Shown piece after piece: positions 58,044-64,000 of a stretch of 64,000 nucleotides of DNA. A program made the translations under genes and the position numbers. The notes beneath the pieces are model-generated. The model made no database searches. It saw only the letters and a program-made list of their open reading frames with translations, and was not told the origin of the DNA. Within the stretch, counting starts at the first letter, position 1; each line of letters starts with the position of its first letter. This DNA is from an uncultured Clostridia bacterium. GTDB lineage: Bacteria > Bacillota > Clostridia > Christensenellales > UBA1242. Location of the stretch: NCBI GenBank assembly GCA_944377315.1, contig CALWEM010000011.1, positions 1,897 through 65,896 of the forward strand. The letters are read 5' to 3'.

Positions 58044-59549
58044 TTATGAAATAACATCAAACACAATCATTGGTTTGGAAATATGGCAGTTTGCAGAATT
58101 TGTTTTGAACGAAATTTGAAAATTTCTCCCACAAACATTACAAAAACTCCTTTGCTCTTTCTCACTGCCTTCAAAGGTGTATGTTTTTGTTTCAAGGTCG
58201 CTTTCAATCACGACTTCACAGTCGGTTTCGGTGTTGAGAATAATCTCTTTCACTCTTTTCATTTTGCCCTTATAATTTAAGTCTGTCTTGAAAGAACACC
58301 AAAATTTTTGATTGACATTATTGAAAATCTTGCCGTTATGTGTCAGTTCTCCGAGATGCCCTTTGTTTTCACCATTGAAAATGGCAATCACCTTGCTGAA
58401 ATATGGCACATCAAGCGCCACGATTTTTTTGATATCAATCCCCCTTAATATGTCCACACTGTTCGTTTCAATGTCCACTTCAAAAAGAACATTGTTTTTG
58501 AAGAGAGTTTCATTTTCCGAGCCAAGCGACAAACCATCATCAAACTTGCAACGCGTGGCAAGGTAATATTTTCCATCAAGCGAACAAGCAGAGCAATGAG
58601 TGTTGTCAAGATTTTTGAAATATATGTCATAGTCTTCACAAATTTTCTTCACACTTGAGCCATTGAAAGAATAAAGTCCGTCACGCGTGACAAAAAAGAT
58701 GACATCTCCACAAACGGAAACCGAATTTTCATATATTTTTGAAGTTGAAGAATATAGATGATTAAAAGAAAAATCGCCCGAAGCGGTATACTCTGAAATT
58801 CGAGTAATACCATACTCACGAAACAAATAGATATAGTCATTAAATGTGACGAGTTTGTTAAACGCACCACGCTGGTCAAGAAATTCAATCACTTTGTTGT
58901 CCGCCCCATCATATGTGGTAAGGTCAAGGTTATCTTGATATATAAGTTCATTTCTGTTAGTGTCAGTGATACCAAAAAATTTGTCATAATGAACAGCCAC
59001 CGACAAAAGTGGTGGCACATTTTCATATTTCTCGGTTTCATAGCCAGAAGAACTTATCATTCCAGACGGAAGAAAATACAATATGCAGTCATAATCATCA
59101 AGTCGATATTGGCAAGTGGAAACAATATTGTTGAATCCAATGTCCGACTTTGGAATTGGATAGCCCACTTCATCAATAACCGAGCAAATATACAAATACC
59201 CATTTTGGTCAACAATATTCATATGATAATAAAACCTGTCATCTTGAATATGTTTGTATCTGAATGTGTCAAGTGCTTGGATTTCTGTGATATTCCACTC
59301 TGTCATATCAAAAGAATGCACATCTTCCAAATCGTCTTCACTTTCTGGAACTTCCACATCTTTGAAGCCTAATCCAGTTTTGAGTGCCCCGTCAATAAGC
59401 GTATAGTTATAAAATGTTTTGCATTCATTCGGATTTGATATGAGGTCATCTTCGTTTGAGATGACCCCATTTTTGAATATCGAAAAAGTTATGTTCTTTT
59501 CATTTGTTTTTTTATGTTTTTTAAGGTTTTTATAAAATATCAAAACCAT
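58044..59549 (-). CDS. Phage structural protein of unknown function (possible head-completion or tail-hub component)
   Basis: 501-aa ORF translationally coupled to the upstream gene. Position after the capsid and two small ORFs parallels P22 gp10. No motif recognised. Confidence 0.35.
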   Translation of the reverse strand: MVLIFYKNLKKHKKTNEKNITFSIFKNGVISNEDDLISNPNECKTFYNYTLIDGALKTGLGFKDVEVPESEDDLEDVHSFDMTEWNITEIQALDTFRYKHIQDDRFYYHMNIVDQNGYLYICSVIDEVGYPIPKSDIGFNNIVSTCQYRLDDYDCILYFLPSGMISSSGYETEKYENVPPLLSVAVHYDKFFGITDTNRNELIYQDNLDLTTYDGADNKVIEFLDQRGAFNKLVTFNDYIYLFREYGITRISEYTASGDFSFNHLYSSTSKIYENSVSVCGDVIFFVTRDGLYSFNGSSVKKICEDYDIYFKNLDNTHCSACSLDGKYYLATRCKFDDGLSLGSENETLFKNNVLFEVDIETNSVDILRGIDIKKIVALDVPYFSKVIAIFNGENKGHLGELTHNGKIFNNVNQKFWCSFKTDLNYKGKMKRVKEIILNTETDCEVVIESDLETKTYTFEGSEKEQRSFCNVCGRNFQISFKTNSANCHISKPMIVFDVIS

Positions 59550-60103
59550 TTCCTTTTAGGAAGTTTGATTTCACTTTTCTTTCTTGAAAGCACAAACAAA
59601 CTTTCCTTGAAGCGTTCTTCCCATATCTCCGCGTCCTCACTTAATCCATCAACCAAAAAATACTCACTTGCAATGCCATAAGCAAAAATTCTGGCAGACA
59701 AGCCATTAAAGAAGACAAATTCATCTTCAAGGTCTTTTTTGTCTGGCAAAAAGGAATATGTTATGGATTTTGCCTTGCCCAAAATTTCCACATATTCTGG
59801 AAATTCACGGAAGCGAACATTACAGCCGAAACTTCCTTTAATGGCATAGACACTGATAAGTGTTTTGGAAAGGTCAGAAAAATTCAGAATGGAATTTTTG
59901 ACATCAATTTCTTCAGTCGTGAGATATGGTAAATAGTCGCTTGCAATTTCTTCATTAACAAAATTAAAACATCTCAAAAGAGTGTCAACTTTTTCTTGTT
60001 CTTTATCCGAATATGAAACTGTTCCGCTTTGGTTTAATTTTTCAGCAATTTCTTTTTCTCCAATAAAACCACACGCATAAGCAATAATTTCTTTAACTTT
60101 CAT
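59540..60103 (-). CDS. Phage hypothetical protein (possible head-tail adaptor)
   Basis: ATG 60103 behind GGAGG. Assignment rests on position in the structural module. Confidence 0.35.
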   Translation of the reverse strand: MKVKEIIAYACGFIGEKEIAEKLNQSGTVSYSDKEQEKVDTLLRCFNFVNEEIASDYLPYLTTEEIDVKNSILNFSDLSKTLISVYAIKGSFGCNVRFREFPEYVEILGKAKSITYSFLPDKKDLEDEFVFFNGLSARIFAYGIASEYFLVDGLSEDAEIWEERFKESLFVLSRKKSEIKLPKRKWF

Positions 60104-60410
60104 AAATTGCCTCCATATCATTCAAAATATCCTTTTTGCGTTGTTTTTCAAGTTTTTCATTTTCCGCGTCCAATTCTTTTATTAATTCATCGCGTTTAAA
60201 ACTCTGTGTTTTGAGCGTCAAAGAAATTGCTCTCTCATCCAAACTCTCAAATGGCAAAGTAAGACAAAAGGTGCCGTTCTCTTGCAAATGATTGTGAAGT
60301 TCAAAAGTTTTTCTGTCAAGATTATAGACAACAAAGTAATCTTTGTCTATCTCTTTAAGACGCGGAATCACATCTTGACAATCGCTGTATATTTCAAATG
60401 ACCTATTCAT
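60093..60410 (-). CDS. Phage hypothetical protein
   Basis: 105-aa ORF directly downstream of the capsid gene. Confidence 0.35.
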   Translation of the reverse strand: MNRSFEIYSDCQDVIPRLKEIDKDYFVVYNLDRKTFELHNHLQENGTFCLTLPFESLDERAISLTLKTQSFKRDELIKELDAENEKLEKQRKKDILNDMEAIYES

Positions 60411-60424
60411 AAATTTTCCTTAAA

Positions 60425-61600
60425 TTAAGTGTTGTTATCTGCGGTTAAAGTTTTGGCAACTTTTGAGTATTTGCCTTGTCCTGCTGGTTTTTCACAAACA
60501 AGTTCAGCATATTTCACCAAAGTTGCTTGGTATACTGGATAATTTGGAACTTGCTTCAAAATTCTTCCGCTTTCATCTTCCAACCATTTCCAATCGCACA
60601 TTTCATACATTGTGAAATCATTTGTGTTCAAGAAATACATTGTGTCATCATTAACGAATCTGTCGCCAACAACTGGAATACCATTATATGTTATTGTTTT
60701 GAATCCGCCTTTGAGTTCAGTCACATCAATATTTCTTCTGTATGCTCCAAGATAATCTTGATAGAGTCTTCTTATTGCCTTTGTTGTGGCAATATAGTTG
60801 ATGTTAGAACCACAAGTGTCTTCAAGATAGTCAAGCATTGTTTGAATTGTGCTGTCAGAAATATAAACTGTTGTGCTAACTTTGTATGGGTTTAACCACT
60901 TATTGTCAGCCTTGGTGAGTCCATAAAGAGATGTGTTTTCAAAAATTCCTTCAATACCAGTGATTTCCTTGTCTTTTGAACCTTGAACATACAAAAAGTC
61001 ACCGCTTGAAAGGTTGGCACTGCTGTAGTTATCTTCTGCAGTGTAAACATAATTATTGGTTCTGTCCACGCCGGTCACAGTGTATTTATAACCAGATGAG
61101 TGTTCAAGAATCATTCCTTCCACAACATCTTTAACGCTTCCGTCAATGTTAATGCAATTGTTTGCTGGAGTTGATGAATCTATTTTGACAATTTTTCCTG
61201 TGCCATCGCCAAAGAGCATTCTGCCAAGATTAAAGTTTGACGATTCAATCAATCTTTCCATTTCATCATTGAGAAGATTAACAAAACTGTTGGCATTGTT
61301 TTGAGTTGCTCTCAATGCCTTGTCAGAAATCTCAATTTTTCCATAAAGGTTTTTGAGTTCTGCCACAAATTTTGCATAAGTTGTTCCTTTTGCTGTTGGC
61401 AATTCACCGTCTTCATCACCTGCACCAATACCACCGCTGATGCCAATTGGTGCTGCCAATCTCACTTCTTTGCCATTAATATGATTTGTTGAGCGTTTAA
61501 TTTGTGCAAGAAGTGGGTTTGCTGCAACATTCAACTGATTTGCCAAAACTCCTAAATAAACTTCTTTGAGTGCATTTTCTGCGCTTGTTAATGTTATCAT
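60425..61600 (-). CDS. Phage major capsid protein (HK97-fold type, no delta domain)
   Basis: 391 aa, preceded by separate scaffold and portal genes. The family call rests on gene order and general resemblance only. Confidence 0.6.
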   Translation of the reverse strand: MITLTSAENALKEVYLGVLANQLNVAANPLLAQIKRSTNHINGKEVRLAAPIGISGGIGAGDEDGELPTAKGTTYAKFVAELKNLYGKIEISDKALRATQNNANSFVNLLNDEMERLIESSNFNLGRMLFGDGTGKIVKIDSSTPANNCINIDGSVKDVVEGMILEHSSGYKYTVTGVDRTNNYVYTAEDNYSSANLSSGDFLYVQGSKDKEITGIEGIFENTSLYGLTKADNKWLNPYKVSTTVYISDSTIQTMLDYLEDTCGSNINYIATTKAIRRLYQDYLGAYRRNIDVTELKGGFKTITYNGIPVVGDRFVNDDTMYFLNTNDFTMYEMCDWKWLEDESGRILKQVPNYPVYQATLVKYAELVCEKPAGQGKYSKVAKTLTADNNT

Positions 61601-61611
61601 TTTCTCTCCTT

Positions 61612-62241
61612 TTATTTGGAAAACAAGTTAAATAAATAATCTTTTGCTTCCTTCAAATTTTGAGGAGTTTGGGTGACAGGATTTGCCACCCGCTTCCCCG
61701 AAGAAGAAATCTTGATTGGTGAACTGTTTTCCGATAATTGATTTACATATTTTTCAAGAACCATATTTTTAAGTTGTTCGTTATTAAAAACATAGCCCAC
61801 GACCTCTTCACTTATTTTGTTTGGCGTTTTCAAATTGTTATATATATGTTCTGCCCAAACAAAACTGAAAGGGTCGTCCATTTTTTTCAACTTTTCATCG
61901 CCAAGAACCTTTTTCTTTAATTCCTCGGCGTATGAATTTGCCTCGCCATTTGTCAAAAGGAATGATTTGAGTTTTTGTTCAATTTCCTCGTTCGATTTTT
62001 CACTCTCCTGCATCTTATCTTTCTCAAATTCGGCTAGTTGTTGGCATTTTTTGGTGAATTCTCTTTCAAGGTTGTTATACGCATCAAGTAAATCGCCCAC
62101 ATTTTTAAATTTTCCAATCGTTTCGCCTTTTGCTTCAATTTCTTGTGCTTCTTCCTTTTCTTCACCTTGCTGGGAGCCGTCAGAATTTTCGTCTAGAACC
62201 AAATCTTCAGGTTGTTCCCAGTATTTTTCATCTTCATCCAT
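61612..62241 (-). CDS. Phage scaffolding protein
   Basis: Acidic, coiled-coil-rich 209-aa ORF between the portal and capsid genes. Confidence 0.55.
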   Translation of the reverse strand: MDEDEKYWEQPEDLVLDENSDGSQQGEEKEEAQEIEAKGETIGKFKNVGDLLDAYNNLEREFTKKCQQLAEFEKDKMQESEKSNEEIEQKLKSFLLTNGEANSYAEELKKKVLGDEKLKKMDDPFSFVWAEHIYNNLKTPNKISEEVVGYVFNNEQLKNMVLEKYVNQLSENSSPIKISSSGKRVANPVTQTPQNLKEAKDYLFNLFSK

Positions 62242-62245
62242 AATA

Positions 62246-63988
62246 TTAACCTTCCTTTACAAGATTTTTGTGTTTTTCAATATGTTTCAAGAAAATTTCT
62301 TCCACATCTTTGTCCGCTTCCTTATAAAAATTGCCAGAAAGCATAAACGCAATATGCTCGTTGATGTGAAGAGCGTGGTCATCAATAGTCTTCACTTCCA
62401 CTTCATTTTTCTCAAACATTTCAAGATTTTCGCTGTCCGCTCTTTTTGTGTGAAGCGACTCAATGTCCACCGCACTCTCATAATTTCCAAAGCCAATCAT
62501 CTCAAGGATTTTGTTTTTCATTGTGGCAGAAATTTTGCCATTTTCGTCAAACAAAATTCCTTTTTCCAAAAGTGTATAGACCATATTTCTTCTTTGCGTC
62601 AGTGTGTCATTACTTTCAATTTCGGTTTCAAGTTCCACATCATCTGACGAGATGTCACTTGACTTAAAGTAGAATATTTCCACATCACCATTGTCGCCCA
62701 AAATTTTGGTTAGGCGTGGGAATGTGGCATATTGCTTAAACAGTCTTAAAATTTGCTTCCCAATCTCTTTTATCGCATTTTTAATACTGTCAGTGGTGAA
62801 AGAAAGACGGGTTTCATTTTCATCAATCAACAGTTCAAGAGCTGTTCCGCTTATTGATGAAGAAATCGTGTCCATCGCACCCATTTCATTTGTTCCACTC
62901 ACGGAGGTGAATTCTTCAAGCAATCTTTCTTCTTCCTTTTCAAAATCAGCAGGCAGATTTTCGGTATCCAGAAATCTTGGTGGGTTTGCTCCTTGGCGAT
63001 ACACCAAAATTTTTCCCGGAGCAAGTCCTTCTTCTTCCAGATTGTCGATATCAACACTGCCATCTTCAACTGACAAAACACCCAGCGTCAAGCGATTGAG
63101 ATATTCGTGCTTGCGATTTTTGACAGCGTTATACGCCCTTTGGATTGGAATCATCCTGTCAATCAAACTAACTCCCCAAAAACTTCCCACATTGTCACAA
63201 CAAACCTGCTTAATGAAAGGAAAATCGCGTTTCCCGTCCGTGCCATTAATGTATGGCAAATCCCCGTCAAACACAAGTTCATCGCCTGCCACAATGATAA
63301 GACGCCCATTCGGATACCCTTCACTTGGTCTAACATATTTTTCAATCACAATTGAAGAATTTTGTTTTGTGGTTTCCGTCACTCTTGCACCCAGTCCATT
63401 GATACCTAAACCACCGAGCGAAATGGTGTTGTCAAGTGAGAAAATGTTGATATCACTTCCTTCGACTTCCACACCATACATATCTTTTATCTCTTCTTTG
63501 GAATAGACTTTGGCGTGAATAATACTTTGACAGTCCTCCAAATTTTCGTTTGCCACTGAATCTGGATAAATTTCAAATGGTGAACAAACAAGAACATCAA
63601 CATCACCTGTCTTTATTTTCCTGCCACTCTCTTCAATTGCCACCACCTGTCCAAGATTACTGTTCCAAAAAACTTTATAGAAACTTGTTCCACAAATTTC
63701 GCTCCACTTTGTCGCTTGGTTTATCTTTTGCGACAATTGATGCTTGTTGGCAACTGAATCCAAAATTTTCTTGGACATTTTTGCTGTGTAGATGTCACTC
63801 TCATCATTACTTGCTGGCACAACACGCATTTTAGGTTTAATCTTGCTTAACTTTGCAAGGCGAATGTCAATCTTTGGTGCGATATGATTGAAAACTTCTC
63901 GCTCTTGCCAAAAATATTCTCGGTCAAAGTTGTCAATAATACTGCCCAGTCCCACCGAGCAAAATTGATTACCCATATAAAAATTCAT
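62246..63988 (-). CDS. Phage portal protein (N-terminus may extend past the window end)
   Basis: Size (at least 580 aa), position upstream of scaffold and capsid, and an acidic C-terminus. The frame stays open from 63988 to position 64000. Confidence 0.6.
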   Translation of the reverse strand: MNFYMGNQFCSVGLGSIIDNFDREYFWQEREVFNHIAPKIDIRLAKLSKIKPKMRVVPASNDESDIYTAKMSKKILDSVANKHQLSQKINQATKWSEICGTSFYKVFWNSNLGQVVAIEESGRKIKTGDVDVLVCSPFEIYPDSVANENLEDCQSIIHAKVYSKEEIKDMYGVEVEGSDINIFSLDNTISLGGLGINGLGARVTETTKQNSSIVIEKYVRPSEGYPNGRLIIVAGDELVFDGDLPYINGTDGKRDFPFIKQVCCDNVGSFWGVSLIDRMIPIQRAYNAVKNRKHEYLNRLTLGVLSVEDGSVDIDNLEEEGLAPGKILVYRQGANPPRFLDTENLPADFEKEEERLLEEFTSVSGTNEMGAMDTISSSISGTALELLIDENETRLSFTTDSIKNAIKEIGKQILRLFKQYATFPRLTKILGDNGDVEIFYFKSSDISSDDVELETEIESNDTLTQRRNMVYTLLEKGILFDENGKISATMKNKILEMIGFGNYESAVDIESLHTKRADSENLEMFEKNEVEVKTIDDHALHINEHIAFMLSGNFYKEADKDVEEIFLKHIEKHKNLVKEG

Positions 63989-64000
63989 ATTGAGTCGCCA

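Larger units (their letters stand above)
57408..64000 (-). mobile_element. Prophage or phage-derived region (head morphogenesis and holins), continuing beyond the window end
   Basis: Portal, scaffold and major capsid genes, three small or unknown structural ORFs, then two holin-type genes, all co-oriented. The host gene polA follows at 56876. Confidence 0.7.

Noticed and set aside
61817-63506. Two very long plus-strand ORFs (61817-62647, 276 aa; 62691-63506, 271 aa) antisense to the phage scaffold and portal genes
   Set aside because: Their products are low-complexity (Ser/Phe/Leu-rich) with no start context or RBS, and they fully overlap well-supported minus-strand genes. This is the expected mirror-frame artefact of Glu/Lys/Asp-rich coding sequence.
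1-64000. Alternative genetic code (UGA as Trp, as in Mollicutes), given the low GC content
   Set aside because: All conserved genes read through at full length with TGA as a stop, and Trp is encoded by TGG. There are no in-frame TGA codons in conserved domains.

Overview
This is a low-GC bacterial chromosome segment, mostly housekeeping genes, transcribed mainly on the minus strand. Only 16.3-23.6 kb is a plus-strand block. Gene content and order point to a spore-forming Firmicute. The evidence is three Bacillus/Clostridium-type clusters (rpsB-tsf-frr-uppS-cdsA-rseP-[polC slot]-rimP-nusA-ylxR-ylxQ-infB-rbfA-nrnA-truB; ylxM-ffh-rpsP-KH-rimM-trmD; tig-clpP-clpX), comM-dprA-topA, and a SpoIVB peptidase behind a forespore-type promoter. 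I saw no rRNA, tRNA or CRISPR array. All homology calls come from reading motifs by eye, with no searches run.

Non-core content worth a second look:
1. Two paralogous giant surface lipoprotein genes (32232-35612 and 51632-54228) share a colinear 107-nt signal-peptide leader followed by a G9 homopolymer. The tract is in frame in one gene and out of frame in the other, which suggests slipped-strand phase variation.
2. A ~96-bp tandem repeat family with compensatory hairpin changes sits in the 3' regions of two unrelated genes (32060-32257 and 46036-46205).
3. A monocistronic Rho-like protein has degenerate ATPase motifs (16317-17483).
4. A 509-aa 'mini-PolC' (N-terminal domain, OB fold and intact exonuclease, but no polymerase) occupies the syntenic polC slot.
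5. An hslU gene has no hslV partner in the window.
6. An 888-bp AT-rich non-coding island carries 15-bp exact repeats and TTATGCA motifs. A related 21-23 bp palindrome recurs at two other loci.
7. Several genes have a -10 box 5-11 nt from the start codon and no Shine-Dalgarno, which suggests leaderless mRNAs.
8. A phage head-morphogenesis and holin module (57.4-64 kb) runs off the window edge. It has no endolysin or recognisable tail genes in view.
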